IMG/VR virus record: IMGVR_UViG_2651869755_000001
Reading direction: 5' to 3' (one strand)
DNA length: 24,323 nucleotides
DNA from: a virus
Lineage: Duplodnaviria > Heunggongvirae > Uroviricota > Caudoviricetes
A model generated the notes under the pieces. The model was given only the letters and a program-made list of their open reading frames with translations, did no database searches and was not told the DNA's origin. A program made the position numbers and the translations under genes. Of this stretch, positions 1 through 9,608 are shown piece by piece (within the stretch, counting starts at the first letter, position 1; each line of letters starts with the position of its first letter).

Positions 1-176
1 CTTCCCGGAATGTTTTCGCCAGGGTCAATACCAGTGGAACAGGCGGGCATACTTACGCCAGTATTAATATATTCATCAGACCAGCCCGTATACTCAGATG
101 TTTCAGCATCATAATAAAAACAACGCATATCGCCCGGCACTGTAGCCAGCCCATTTTCATCAAAAACAGGTTTCAT
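1..176 (-). CDS. tail fibre assembly protein (Tfa-like), N-terminal part only; continues past the left edge
   Basis: ATG at 176-174 overlaps the TAA stop of the upstream 270-aa ORF (TAATG). Frame open to the window edge. Hand translation starts [32 protein letters not shown], resembling Tfa N-termini. Lies directly downstream of the fibre gene. Confidence 0.5.
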   Translation of the reverse strand, partial: MKPVFDENGLATVPGDMRCFYYDAETSEYTGWSDEYINTGVSMPACSTGIDPGENIPG

Positions 177-988
177 TATTTAGCCCTCACCAGAAAGTTA
201 AATGCAATATTTCGCGGTCTGACAGCAACAAAATTCACACCATCACCCACAGAGTTACTGGTGAAATTAAATCGTGAAAATCCTGGCTGATTTCCGGCGA
301 TGCCATCATGAAAGTTAATTGCGTGTCCCGCACCTTCGCCTATATTCCCGGCAAACTGAGAAAAGTTTGTAGCTGCCTGCCAGCTTAATAATTCGCGACC
401 ACCGTCTGCACCTCGCCCGTCATCCCAGATACGAATGAAATCACCGCGGGCTTCAGGTAATACCAGCGAAGGAAATACTTTCGCCAGCACAGGATAATCA
501 GTGGCAGAGAATTTCGCGCCGTTGAACTTCAAAAACACCATACTGGACCAGCTGTCGATTACAGTATTTGGCATTGCAGCGGACGGCCAGAAGAACGGAA
601 CGCCAATAGCTGGAGCACCTTCTCCCAAACCAAGGTTTTCGAGAGCCGTTTTCACTGTGCCGTCCGATTTGATATCGCCAAACGGATTTTTGCGGCTCAG
701 GTATTCAACAGCAAACCCCGATCCAAGCAATTCAACAAAACCGGGCAGATCACCATTATCAAGCACATCCCGTTGCGTTTTATCACTTACAAACTGGGCC
801 AGAGCTGCAGCAATAAAGCTGGCCTGCCGAATAACCTTATTGACTTGCGCACTGGAGGCTTTCCCTGCTGTAAATCCGGATAAAAGCGCGGGCAACGCTT
901 CCCATTCCTCCTGCGATATAACATTGGCATTTCGATCCGTTGCAAACGCTTTAAAGTCATTTTTCGCCATCAGAGTAATACTCCCCAT
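176..988 (-). CDS. putative tail fibre protein (270 aa)
   Basis: ORF track. ATG start confirmed at 988-986. Sits between the gp48-like baseplate gene and the Tfa-like gene. No catalytic motif recognised. Confidence 0.45.
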   Translation of the reverse strand: MGSITLMAKNDFKAFATDRNANVISQEEWEALPALLSGFTAGKASSAQVNKVIRQASFIAAALAQFVSDKTQRDVLDNGDLPGFVELLGSGFAVEYLSRKNPFGDIKSDGTVKTALENLGLGEGAPAIGVPFFWPSAAMPNTVIDSWSSMVFLKFNGAKFSATDYPVLAKVFPSLVLPEARGDFIRIWDDGRGADGGRELLSWQAATNFSQFAGNIGEGAGHAINFHDGIAGNQPGFSRFNFTSNSVGDGVNFVAVRPRNIAFNFLVRAK

Positions 989-1650
989 GCTCCTACATCA
1001 AAACCACTGATGAATTCGTTATCCATATCAAAACCAAAAAATTTTGAGCCTTCCGATGGGGTTTCCACCGAAGGTGTTTCAATGCCACCCGCCCATACCC
1101 CGGCGGCTTTTACTGTGAGATACCCCTGTTTAATTGCCGCAATTAACTCACGCGATACATCTGAAATATCAGTATCAGGAAAGACCCAGACCGATATCGT
1201 CATGTCCTGGTTATCGACTATCTGCATTCGCAGCCCGGATCCTGCTGTTGCAGCGTCAAGAATTGCCGGAAGCGAATCATTCCGTCCATCCCAGTTATTA
1301 ATCGCAATCTTCGCTTTAAGAATGACACGATAAGTTTCATCGCTGAGATACATGTATCCTGAATCAGGATCGTATGGTCCCTGCCATACCCCCTGATCAT
1401 ATCCAAGCCCGTCGGTATCCCAGCTGAAATAGACACCTGAGATAGGCTGGCTGACAACACGGCTACGTCCTATCCACAAGCCAAGAATGTCAAGTTGCAC
1501 ACCAACCGCAGAGTCAATATCAAATGCAGTAATCAGCCCTCTGGTGGCAGCCGCAACATCAATAAGTGGCCGGGTCATCAGATCAACATGCGCAAGAAAT
1601 TTAGGTTTGGTGGCGTGGTAGTTCGTGATTAGTTCGGTGTATTTGCTCAT
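970..1650 (-). CDS. baseplate/tail protein, Mu gp48-like (226 aa)
   Basis: ORF track. ATGA stop/start overlap with the upstream J-like gene at 1647-1650. Position after baseplate J as in Mu-like and e14-like tails. Confidence 0.55.
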   Translation of the reverse strand: MSKYTELITNYHATKPKFLAHVDLMTRPLIDVAAATRGLITAFDIDSAVGVQLDILGLWIGRSRVVSQPISGVYFSWDTDGLGYDQGVWQGPYDPDSGYMYLSDETYRVILKAKIAINNWDGRNDSLPAILDAATAGSGLRMQIVDNQDMTISVWVFPDTDISDVSRELIAAIKQGYLTVKAAGVWAGGIETPSVETPSEGSKFFGFDMDNEFISGFDVGAWGVLL

Positions 1651-2846
1651 GACTCCACCGTTATAACGATATTTTCCGGGGTACAGGACGCAGATTCGTT
1701 GTATCTGATATCAATGTTTGATGACGACAAAGCCCCCGGGGATTTCCCAATCGTCAGTTCCTGAATATCGTAATAGCGTGCATTCCCGCTACTCACCACG
1801 CCAAGATTCGCCGGTGAGTAAATGCGACTTAAAAGGACCGAATCACCAATCATCAGACTATTGATATAGTCGGAAATAGCCTGCTGGATCTGCTGCCCTA
1901 TCTGTGAGGTATAACCCGTAAAAACTTTTAATTTAATCCGGGCATAAACAGGCACATCACTGGAACGCGAGAATTTGATTACATGGGGATTGCCGTATTT
2001 ATCCGGAACCGTAACGGATGTTGTACCGTGAGTGGCTGTCCCCTGGCCTTTATTTCCTCTGATAGCCTGAGCAATATCCGTTACATCACCGCCATCCACA
2101 ATTACAGCAACAGAGTGTGGCGGTAACCCGTTACCGTCCTCCGAACCAGTATCGTTTTCATAGAGTTTGTGGCGGGTTACACCGGTAACATTAGAAACAG
2201 CACCATCCAGTGCTTCAAATGGGGTTATTGATGGCAACGCAACACTTTGCGACTGGCGGATACGTAACTCCGCATCAGTTTCTGCTGGAGTGCCTACAGT
2301 AGCTGCAGCAGGATTGGTTACCGAAACCCAGCCACGGGTTGGCGTATTAATTTCAGTGATAGTTCCAGCCAGCGCCGCCACTGCACCACTGACGGAACAT
2401 TTTGCGGTCACCATCACTGTACCATCCACGCCGACCACCACTGAAGCAGGCAAACGCCATATCACATTATTACTGTCTTTCACGCTGCCATTAATGATGG
2501 TTGTTCCGGCAGTTCCTGTAAGAAGCAAATCAACCGTAGAATTCGTCGCGCCTTTACGTGAAATACCATTTATTTTCACGTTACTGGTCAGTGCAGCCCC
2601 ATAGCCGGTTGCCGGTGAAAAACAGTTGTAGACAGTTATCGCCATATTATTGGCATCATGAATCGCCAGCGCCATCAGAGCCACCATCTGGCCGTCTTTG
2701 CTGTCCGGTTCGAGGTAGGCATCACTGCCATAAATCTGCTGAAAATAGCTAATCAGGGTGCTGAGTATCGTCTGATAATCAGGCGCACTGATCCCCTCCG
2801 CGGTTACCTTTGCAGATAAACCGAGAGAATCAAGGTTCAGAGCCAT
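1647..2846 (-). CDS. baseplate J-like protein (399 aa)
   Basis: ORF track. Size and position typical of the Mu gp47 / P2 gpJ family. Start overlaps the stop of the upstream gene at 2846. Confidence 0.65.
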   Translation of the reverse strand: MALNLDSLGLSAKVTAEGISAPDYQTILSTLISYFQQIYGSDAYLEPDSKDGQMVALMALAIHDANNMAITVYNCFSPATGYGAALTSNVKINGISRKGATNSTVDLLLTGTAGTTIINGSVKDSNNVIWRLPASVVVGVDGTVMVTAKCSVSGAVAALAGTITEINTPTRGWVSVTNPAAATVGTPAETDAELRIRQSQSVALPSITPFEALDGAVSNVTGVTRHKLYENDTGSEDGNGLPPHSVAVIVDGGDVTDIAQAIRGNKGQGTATHGTTSVTVPDKYGNPHVIKFSRSSDVPVYARIKLKVFTGYTSQIGQQIQQAISDYINSLMIGDSVLLSRIYSPANLGVVSSGNARYYDIQELTIGKSPGALSSSNIDIRYNESASCTPENIVITVES

Positions 2847-3199
2847 TACGCCTCCGATGTAACAGTCGTTATTCCATAAAGAGTGTCGATTTCAGCGGAA
2901 AACATGACACGTCGGGTCGTGGTATCCACCGTCGTATTGAAAGAGAGGATTGATTTAACGCCCTGCGTTTCGAGGATGCGCTTACGGATCGCCAGGTTGT
3001 AGGTTTCCGGCTTCTGCTTACCGAGTACGGACTGGATCCACGGAGTCCCCTCGGTGGTGTCGAGAAACCATTGCCCATACCACAATTCGAATCGAGTTTT
3101 TACCGCCTGCGCCACGGCCTCCGGTGAGTTAATCAGCCAAGTGTCATCACCGCTGCCAAAGGTGTAATCGCCATCGGCGTCTTCACGTCTGTATCGCAT
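2846..3199 (-). CDS. small baseplate protein, gp25/W-like (117 aa)
   Basis: ORF track. Lies between the spike and J genes. ATGA overlap with the spike gene at 3199. Confidence 0.45.
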   Translation of the reverse strand: MRYRREDADGDYTFGSGDDTWLINSPEAVAQAVKTRFELWYGQWFLDTTEGTPWIQSVLGKQKPETYNLAIRKRILETQGVKSILSFNTTVDTTTRRVMFSAEIDTLYGITTVTSEA

Positions 3200-3951
3200 C
3201 AGTTTACTCCGTCGGTATTGCTTCCACCGCGCTGAACACCACCATGAGTGTGCGTATCATCGATTGGCTTGCCGTTAGCCTTCACGCTACCCAAAAACTC
3301 AACAGCACCAGTGATTTTTGAAGCCACACCAGAAACAACAGACCCCACCATGCCTCCCATCCAGGTTAACAGGCCATGAATGGTTACTTTCTCAGAAAAA
3401 TCAGCCAGAGGGGCAACCACATCAAGGCCCCCCGGAGCGACAATTTTAATTTTCCTGGTATCAGGATTAAGCTCAAAATAGGTGCTGCCGTCATCACTAC
3501 GCAACTGTGTGGCACTGGTATTAATACCGCTAATCTTCCTTGCCTGCGACTGGGGACCGACAATACAAAACGCATCCGATAAATCATGCATTCTGTCATC
3601 GACCGGCTCCTGTATCCCGCCACTCTGCCACCAGAAATCAATACAACGATCGGCAAAAATCACCAAACATTCATCACCGGCTTTAACTGGAAACGTTAGC
3701 GTACAGCCTCCGCCACGCGGGAATACCACTGGCACATCCACCAGCAATGGGTAATTTTTGGTAATGCGGTTGCCGTCGTTATCAATTTCAACGTAACGGA
3801 TAGCAGGCTGTACAACCGCCGTCACCGCATCAGGAGCGAATGACTGAACAATGCCAGGCAAGGCGACACGGATCTGGTTCTTTGTTGTTTCCCGTTCAGA
3901 TTTAAATGTTTCGGCAAGGTCGCCGCTGCGGGTCTGGTCAGATACTGCCAT
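3199..3951 (-). CDS. baseplate spike/assembly protein V-like (250 aa)
   Basis: ORF track. ATG at 3951-3949 preceded by GGAG. Gly-rich C-terminus and position as in Mu gp45 / P2 gpV-type spikes. Confidence 0.5.
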   Translation of the reverse strand: MAVSDQTRSGDLAETFKSERETTKNQIRVALPGIVQSFAPDAVTAVVQPAIRYVEIDNDGNRITKNYPLLVDVPVVFPRGGGCTLTFPVKAGDECLVIFADRCIDFWWQSGGIQEPVDDRMHDLSDAFCIVGPQSQARKISGINTSATQLRSDDGSTYFELNPDTRKIKIVAPGGLDVVAPLADFSEKVTIHGLLTWMGGMVGSVVSGVASKITGAVEFLGSVKANGKPIDDTHTHGGVQRGGSNTDGVN

Positions 3952-3970
3952 TTAGTAGGCTCCAGAAAGC

Positions 3971-3995
3971 AAAAAACCCGCCAAGTGGCGGGTTT
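3971..3995 (-). terminator. rho-independent terminator on the minus strand, closing the two-gene accessory operon
   Basis: Plus strand reads aaaaaa-cccgcc-aagt-ggcggg-ttt. On the minus strand this is a 6-bp GC stem (9 bp counting flanking A:T pairs) with a 4-nt loop followed by TTTTTT, beginning 21 nt after the stop of the 142-aa gene. Confidence 0.7.
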
Positions 3996-4015
3996 GAATT
4001 TTGAGAAATTTCAGC

Positions 4016-4444
4016 TTATGCAGTTAACGAGTCATCACCAATCTTCAGTAATTGATTAACGATTGCATCGACCTCTTCCGCATCCAGAATTACACTTCTC
4101 GCGGTAATCCGGTTGATTTTCCGCTCAAGCTTGTAATCAGAATTAACACGTTGGGCATGCGTCATTTTCAGTTTAACGCCGATTTTCTTTACTGCGTTAA
4201 CATCAACATCGTTAAGTGCAGCTGCCTCACCACTACAAAAGGCCGTATAGACTCGCATGTGAACTCCACCTTTTAGTTTTTCACCATCTTGTGTAGCGGT
4301 CGGTACCAGATTGTTGGTGATCCGTAAGGCGGAATGGTACATACCATAGTATGCTCGGCTAATAGCATTTCTCGTCCACATCTCACCGTTTAGAGCCAGG
4401 GAATGCTTAGCCAATTCAAGAAAACAGGTATGCTCAACCGACAT
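4016..4444 (-). CDS. hypothetical protein (142 aa), distal gene of accessory operon
   Basis: ORF track. ATG 4444-4442 shares one nt with the TAA stop of the upstream gene (TAATG), suggesting translational coupling. About 40% GC by hand count against about 55% in flanking tail genes. Has an R-x6-H spacing at residues 30-37. Confidence 0.6.
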   Translation of the reverse strand: MSVEHTCFLELAKHSLALNGEMWTRNAISRAYYGMYHSALRITNNLVPTATQDGEKLKGGVHMRVYTAFCSGEAAALNDVDVNAVKKIGVKLKMTHAQRVNSDYKLERKINRITARSVILDAEEVDAIVNQLLKIGDDSLTA

Positions 4445-5175
4445 TAGAGTTCCCCGGCTTCAAAGCATCCGACGCATTCTGAATCCGCAAGCCCCGCAAT
4501 AATAATCTCATCAGCCAAGGCATTATTCATCTGCGAAAGAAGCACTGGATCGTCTGTTTTGACTTCAACGAACAGCGTATCAAGTTCTGACATTACATAA
4601 AAAGCATGAGCGCCAGCAAGACGAGCGCGGTACTTTTCTGCAACGTTCATCATGAGCCGCCCAATAGTTTTTAGCTCCTGAGCATGATCTTTTTGGGTAT
4701 GCAGATAATTGAGCGTGTCATACCATTTGCCCATATCTTCAGGGCGCGGCACTTCCATTGCAGTTAGCATCGGCATCACCTTTTCAAGCAAATCGATATC
4801 AACCCAGTATGCAGAAATTGTAGCAACCTCAGCCAATATCGTTGGATTAAGTGAATCAGATGCTTTCTGAATCATCACATACTGGCGAGCATGCAAACCT
4901 AAGTTACGCAGCGCAATCGTATAGTTACAAAAAGAAACTGGATCGTTAGGCGCTATTCTCAACCCCCGCTCACAGAGTGAACATCCTTCATCTATTTCAC
5001 CAAGAACAAGCTTAGCTAAGCCTTCAATTGATAGCCCCTGATAACGTTCAGGTAGTTTCTTCGCTTCACGAATGATTCGATGGATTTCAAACTCACTCAG
5101 AAGGTTTTCACCCTTAGTTAATGAAGGAGTCAGAAGATCTAACAGTTCTCCTGATTTTGGCTGCGCTAAGCTCAT
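4444..5175 (-). CDS. hypothetical protein (243 aa), proximal gene of accessory operon
   Basis: ORF track. ATG at 5175-5173 with AGGAAT upstream. Low GC. Two CxxC pairs (CSLC near residue 64, CVGC near residue 235). Preceded by a 149-bp non-coding spacer. Confidence 0.6.
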   Translation of the reverse strand: MSLAQPKSGELLDLLTPSLTKGENLLSEFEIHRIIREAKKLPERYQGLSIEGLAKLVLGEIDEGCSLCERGLRIAPNDPVSFCNYTIALRNLGLHARQYVMIQKASDSLNPTILAEVATISAYWVDIDLLEKVMPMLTAMEVPRPEDMGKWYDTLNYLHTQKDHAQELKTIGRLMMNVAEKYRARLAGAHAFYVMSELDTLFVEVKTDDPVLLSQMNNALADEIIIAGLADSECVGCFEAGEL

Positions 5176-5324
5176 GTTTTAGTTATTCCTGGCTTTAATG
5201 AAGTAGCATATCGATGGCAATCCACCATCAAAAAGTCAGTGCAGTGTAATCGCTCGTCTCAAAAAACAACAGTTTTTAGAGCACATTTTGTTGTTTTTCA
5301 GGCGTTACGAATTTCAGGTTACCT

Positions 5325-5666
5325 TCACCCAGCCACTTTTTTACAAGGGAAAGATCCGATGATTTTCGGCGCATCCATGCTGTTCTGCAGAAGCTGGACA
5401 TTCAGGAATCGCGTTTCGGTACCAGGGCGACGAATGTATTCAAAGCCGTAGTTGTTACCGTCTTTGGCAGGCATAAGCCCCATGTCTACTTTCAAACCAT
5501 TGGTACCCAGTTCGGTGATTTTTTGAGAGGTAACTCTTTCACCGTTGATAGTCGATAACTCGCCCTGGTTTGCAACCATAGTGTAGCCACCGCATTTAAC
5601 CGTGAAGCCATCCGCCCACGCGCTGCACGCAGAAAAGACAGCTAACAGAAAAATAATACCCCTCAT
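5325..5666 (-). CDS. predicted lipoprotein or secreted protein (113 aa)
   Basis: N-terminus MRGIIFLLAVFSACSAWADG: positive residue, hydrophobic core, lipobox-like FSAC (Cys14), and an AWA signal peptidase I motif. ATG at 5666-5664 lies 3 nt after the hub gene TGA, with AAGGGGA upstream. Confidence 0.6.
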   Translation of the reverse strand: MRGIIFLLAVFSACSAWADGFTVKCGGYTMVANQGELSTINGERVTSQKITELGTNGLKVDMGLMPAKDGNNYGFEYIRRPGTETRFLNVQLLQNSMDAPKIIGSFPCKKVAG

Positions 5667-5669
5667 TGC

Positions 5670-6731
5670 TCATCCCCTTTGCAAAGCCGATCGCGTATAC
5701 AGATCCGCCGCGCCACGCGCTTCGCACATCATATCCATGTACCACGCCTGGCCCCTTGTGTCGCCAGTGTACATAATCCCGCGCACAATATAAACGCCAT
5801 CCGTTGCGATGCTGGCAGGCTGCGATGTGGTGCCGCTTAGCGTGATATTTCCATCCGTGTTCTGGTCGGTGATCTGACCACCAGCCATCGCAATATCGTT
5901 GTTCGACAAGGCGGTACGATACACGGAAGCCTGATCCAGCTGAATAAGTCCGTTAACCCGGATGTTCGGATTAATAAGCGCGCGGACGTTTACGCCGTTA
6001 CCGATAGTCTGCTGCGGCATGCCAATAAGCCCGGTAGCGCTGTTGAGCACAATCGCTTCATGAACATATTCGTTATTCGCCACCATCTGGCGCTGACCGT
6101 CCACGAATTGCCATGTTGTGCCACATTGCCCGGCTACGTTATCCATTAGATGCCGCGTCATGCCAAAGAGTACCCGCCCCCGGGGGAATACAGTAGCAGG
6201 CATTTCCGGCGTCAGGCCTTCGGTCGCGCCTTTGGCTTCGAAGTCTTTCATCAGCGCACGGTTTACATCAGCGACCGTGTAACCGGCAGCCAGCGTCTGT
6301 GAGGTTATACTGGTGGCAAAAGCCAGATCAGTATCTGCTGCCTGAATCAGGACGTAGGAATCAACCGGACTGTCTTTTCCTGTGACCGAGTAGCGAATTT
6401 CACCGCTGAAAATCAGTCCGTAGTTGCGGCCATCACTCTGACCCACGTCCGCCGCGTCAACTTCCCGCACGGTCCCGACGTCGCTTGCCGACACCTCCGG
6501 CGCGATACCGTCGTAACCGGCAATCATACGCACTTTCGAAAACTCCTGCCCGGTGATTCGGTTCACAGTATCTGCCGAGAGGTTATAAATTTTGATAGTC
6601 CCTACCCGGGACGCGCTGCTGATGTTGAACCAGTCGATCGTAAAGGTGACTTTAAAATCACTTAGCTCAATTCCCTGACCGTTCCCGTCCACAAGCTGCA
6701 GCTCGAAATGTCTCATCCAGTTCTGTGACAT
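5670..6731 (-). CDS. putative baseplate hub protein (353 aa)
   Basis: ORF track. ATG start. Position between the post-tape-measure genes and the spike, as for Mu gp44 / P2 gpD-type hubs. Assignment is by synteny. Confidence 0.45.
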   Translation of the reverse strand: MSQNWMRHFELQLVDGNGQGIELSDFKVTFTIDWFNISSASRVGTIKIYNLSADTVNRITGQEFSKVRMIAGYDGIAPEVSASDVGTVREVDAADVGQSDGRNYGLIFSGEIRYSVTGKDSPVDSYVLIQAADTDLAFATSITSQTLAAGYTVADVNRALMKDFEAKGATEGLTPEMPATVFPRGRVLFGMTRHLMDNVAGQCGTTWQFVDGQRQMVANNEYVHEAIVLNSATGLIGMPQQTIGNGVNVRALINPNIRVNGLIQLDQASVYRTALSNNDIAMAGGQITDQNTDGNITLSGTTSQPASIATDGVYIVRGIMYTGDTRGQAWYMDMMCEARGAADLYTRSALQRG

Positions 6732-6733
6732 GC

Positions 6734-7036
6734 TTACTCCGTTGATACCAGTAAATGGCTGCGACCGCCCAGGTCAGTTTTTGTGGGGTAATCCTGTGTG
6801 TTGTCATCACAGACCACCACCAGCTTAAAACCAAGCCCCATACAGGCGTACTGCGCCAGCAGGTCAGCACCAGTGACGAGAGGAATACCGGAGATTACCG
6901 GCTCCCCTCTGTCGTTCTGCAGGTCCATAATCCAGTACAGATCGCGCCATATGATGCTAATCCGCCAGGTGACACCACCCAGGACGATGCTGAACTGCTG
7001 GTTGTCCGCTGTCAGCGGAATTTCCTGAATTGTCAT
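6734..7036 (-). CDS. small tail/baseplate protein (100 aa)
   Basis: ORF track. Start overlaps the stop of the upstream gene. Synteny only. Confidence 0.4.
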   Translation of the reverse strand: MTIQEIPLTADNQQFSIVLGGVTWRISIIWRDLYWIMDLQNDRGEPVISGIPLVTGADLLAQYACMGLGFKLVVVCDDNTQDYPTKTDLGGRSHLLVSTE

Positions 7037-7623
7037 TAGCCGCCCCCCAGTAATGACGCCACGTTACCCGTGATGCTTTTCAGCAGTGAAGTATCTGGAG
7101 GTTTTGTGGTTTTGTTGCCGCTGTTCTGTACCGCCGACGTGCTGGCCCCTTCCTTCATGTTGGTTTTATCCGCGACGGTAATCTGCTGTGTCCGGGAGAT
7201 AATGACCTCCCTCAGGGTGAGGACGGCGGACAGGACGTTTTCGGTTGTCTTGTCCGTCGTCACTTCCAGCGCCCGGATCAACATGTTGCTGTACAGCCGT
7301 TTACCGGTTACCACATCGAAGGGGATACGGCTTTCCTGCAGATCCAGTAGCTCCTGATACGTCTGCTGAGGACTCAGGCCGAGCAGGCTGGTAGCCGTCA
7401 GGTTACTGGCAAAATCCAGCAATGCGCCGCCACCGGCGAAACCAACCTCCATCACCACTTCTGACGGTTTTTTATAGGCATGATCAGCGACAGCGGCCCC
7501 GACCTCTACCGGATGCTCTGTTATTTCAAGCATATCTGTATGCTTCTCTGAAATAACAACACTGGGAACAATCATTCCTATTTTTCTGCTCTGCTGATGA
7601 AAAAGTGTAGAGAGAATATCCAC
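7036..7623 (-). CDS. tail protein downstream of tape measure (195 aa)
   Basis: ORF track. Apparent GTG start at 7623-7621 preceded by GAGGGTGGG and overlapping the tape-measure stop. Synteny only. Confidence 0.4.
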   Translation of the reverse strand: MDILSTLFHQQSRKIGMIVPSVVISEKHTDMLEITEHPVEVGAAVADHAYKKPSEVVMEVGFAGGGALLDFASNLTATSLLGLSPQQTYQELLDLQESRIPFDVVTGKRLYSNMLIRALEVTTDKTTENVLSAVLTLREVIISRTQQITVADKTNMKEGASTSAVQNSGNKTTKPPDTSLLKSITGNVASLLGGG

Positions 7624-9608
7624 TAACCCACCCTCACCTGATTACTTCGCATGACCTGAGCATTTGCAGACTGTTGCCGACGTGCAACCTCATTACCGAC
7701 AGCGTGCGGATCTCCGCCACCGTAAATATGGTAGGTATTTTGCTGGTTAACCTCTGTCACTTTGCCACTAATTCCCGCCACGGCAGCCTTATTAATCAGC
7801 TCTCGAGAATAGATATTTCTTCCATTCTCATGCTGGATAATGCTGCTCATCAATGCTGACATGGTTTGCGGATCGCTCATATTCAGGGCAGCCCGGGGAT
7901 CCACTCCCAGTCGTTGCGATACAGCCCTGATATACGCGGTTGTGTTGTTATTATCAGACGCAGGTGCCCAGGTAGAGATAATTTTCTCCACACTGTTTAT
8001 TCCCCGTCCGGCGTACAGCATTAACTGACGAGCAAGAGCCCGTAATCCATCAAAAGCGGTTTCAAATCTGGCAAATCGCCCGCCCGGTCGTTCAAGAGAA
8101 GCCCCCGCCTGACCAGCAAAATTAAGGTTTCCCGGATTGTTATTCCGTTCTCCTCGCTTCGTAGCCTGTGCATGTTGTTCCGGCTCAGCACCTGGAATAT
8201 CTGACTGAATATTTGCGCCTTTTACGGTATGAGGATTACGACCAAAATCGGTATCAATGCCAAGCCAGCGCAATGAATCTCCAATATTTTGTTTCGTGTA
8301 ATCCCAGGATGACTTCGCACTGGCACCAATATTTTCGCGATCGGAGTACAAATAAGCAGCATAAGCCATCCAGCCTTTTAACCATGGCGGTACCGGCAAA
8401 CCAGATATTTTCCCGAAAGCCCCCAGAACCCTGGATACCCAGACACCCGCGATGAATGTACCGAGGATTTCCAGTGCATTTTGCCAGCCGCCAACACCAT
8501 CTTTTAGTTCCAGAAGGTGATCACGAAGCCAGGTGATCGCATCCTTCGCTTTATCTATTGCCGGTTGCCATTTTTCCCAGTCGATAAGACTGTTACCGCC
8601 TTCTTTCCATGTTTTGTAGTCTTCCCACAAGAGACCGAGAGCCACGATCAGACCGGTAATCAGCCCTATAGGTGACATCCAGAAAGTAGAGTTAAGTATC
8701 CGCATGGCGACAACCAGACCGCCGATAACCTCTATCAGGGTTTTCGTTTCGGCATCCAGTTTCCCCCACCACTCGATGATATCTCCGACACCATCGACTA
8801 TCCGAAATGCTACCCGCCCGACTATCTCACCCAGCCAGAGGATCCCCTTTATGACCTTTGTGATGGTGACTTCAATTTTGGGAAAATTTTCAATTATCTT
8901 TTTGCGCAGGTTATCAATCTGCCCCGCCAGTCCGTCCGCAAGATTCGATCCGATTTTGTCCCGCGCCATCCCGGCCATTTCACCGAGCGATTTCAGCGAG
9001 GTCATAAACCGGTTTGACGATAAGGCAGCCTGATCGGCATTAAATCCGATCGCTTTCACCATTTCTGAATACTGAGCGCTGAACTGCCCCACTCCGCGAC
9101 GCATAGCCATCAGGGTATTTTCGTCAATGCCCAGCATCTGCGCATACTGGTTAGCCCGGTAATACGGCATGCTGCTGAGTTTCTGTCCAACGCCCGTAAA
9201 GATAGCAGCCATGTCACGCATGTTACCGCGGGCATCACGGGTCTGTACGCCCAGGCGATTCAGAAAGCCTTCTGCTCCGGGATTGTTACGAATAAACCGG
9301 GAGAGGCTTTCCAGAGAAGATCGCGCAGCGTCCACACTGCCGCCAACCTGCGAAACCGCATAGCCAATAGACTGAATTCCCTGGACCGTCGCGCCGGTGC
9401 GCTGTGACGCCCAGTAAAGATTATCCAGGCCGGAGGCGATCTTAGCCGTGAAGGCCACCACGGACAGCGCAGCTCCTTCAACAGCCAGCCCCATTTTGAT
9501 GACATTTGCAGTTGTACCGGCGAGGACAGAACCGAACTTTTTCGCTCCTGCATCATCCACACTGAAGCCAAGCGAGACGAGGAAATCTTTAATAGTTTCA
9601 GCGTTCAT
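7623..9608 (-). CDS. tail tape measure protein
   Basis: Longest tail ORF, between chaperone and baseplate genes, with a hydrophobic central segment. The track start at 9629 is TTG; the ATG at 9608-9606 preceded by GGAGAGAGG is the more likely start (about 661 aa). Confidence 0.75.
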   Translation of the reverse strand: MNAETIKDFLVSLGFSVDDAGAKKFGSVLAGTTANVIKMGLAVEGAALSVVAFTAKIASGLDNLYWASQRTGATVQGIQSIGYAVSQVGGSVDAARSSLESLSRFIRNNPGAEGFLNRLGVQTRDARGNMRDMAAIFTGVGQKLSSMPYYRANQYAQMLGIDENTLMAMRRGVGQFSAQYSEMVKAIGFNADQAALSSNRFMTSLKSLGEMAGMARDKIGSNLADGLAGQIDNLRKKIIENFPKIEVTITKVIKGILWLGEIVGRVAFRIVDGVGDIIEWWGKLDAETKTLIEVIGGLVVAMRILNSTFWMSPIGLITGLIVALGLLWEDYKTWKEGGNSLIDWEKWQPAIDKAKDAITWLRDHLLELKDGVGGWQNALEILGTFIAGVWVSRVLGAFGKISGLPVPPWLKGWMAYAAYLYSDRENIGASAKSSWDYTKQNIGDSLRWLGIDTDFGRNPHTVKGANIQSDIPGAEPEQHAQATKRGERNNNPGNLNFAGQAGASLERPGGRFARFETAFDGLRALARQLMLYAGRGINSVEKIISTWAPASDNNNTTAYIRAVSQRLGVDPRAALNMSDPQTMSALMSSIIQHENGRNIYSRELINKAAVAGISGKVTEVNQQNTYHIYGGGDPHAVGNEVARRQQSANAQVMRSNQVRVG

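Noticed and set aside
501-1010. Plus-strand ORFs of 60-233 aa overlapping the minus-strand structural genes (for example 501-1010, 2167-2604, 15365-16066, 17270-17713, 18007-18456, 19030-19287)
   Set aside because: Each lies antisense inside a longer minus-strand ORF with operon-style start/stop overlaps. None has a convincing ribosome-binding site on inspection. These are shadow frames of GC-rich coding sequence.
4016-4444. Calling the 142-aa protein a HEPN ribonuclease toxin
   Set aside because: Only a single R-x6-H spacing near the N-terminus supports it. HEPN motifs are short and degenerate and usually sit in the C-terminal helix. Kept as a hypothesis, not an annotation.
5176-5324. AT-rich inverted repeat (aaaaacaaca … tgttgttttt, 17-nt loop) downstream of the lipoprotein gene as a possible terminator, and sigma70-like hexamers (TTGATG, 15-nt spacer, TATGCT) upstream of the 243-aa gene
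   Set aside because: The stem is A:T-rich with a long loop and no clean U-tract. The hexamers have poor spacing. An independent promoter is plausible but not supported well enough to call.
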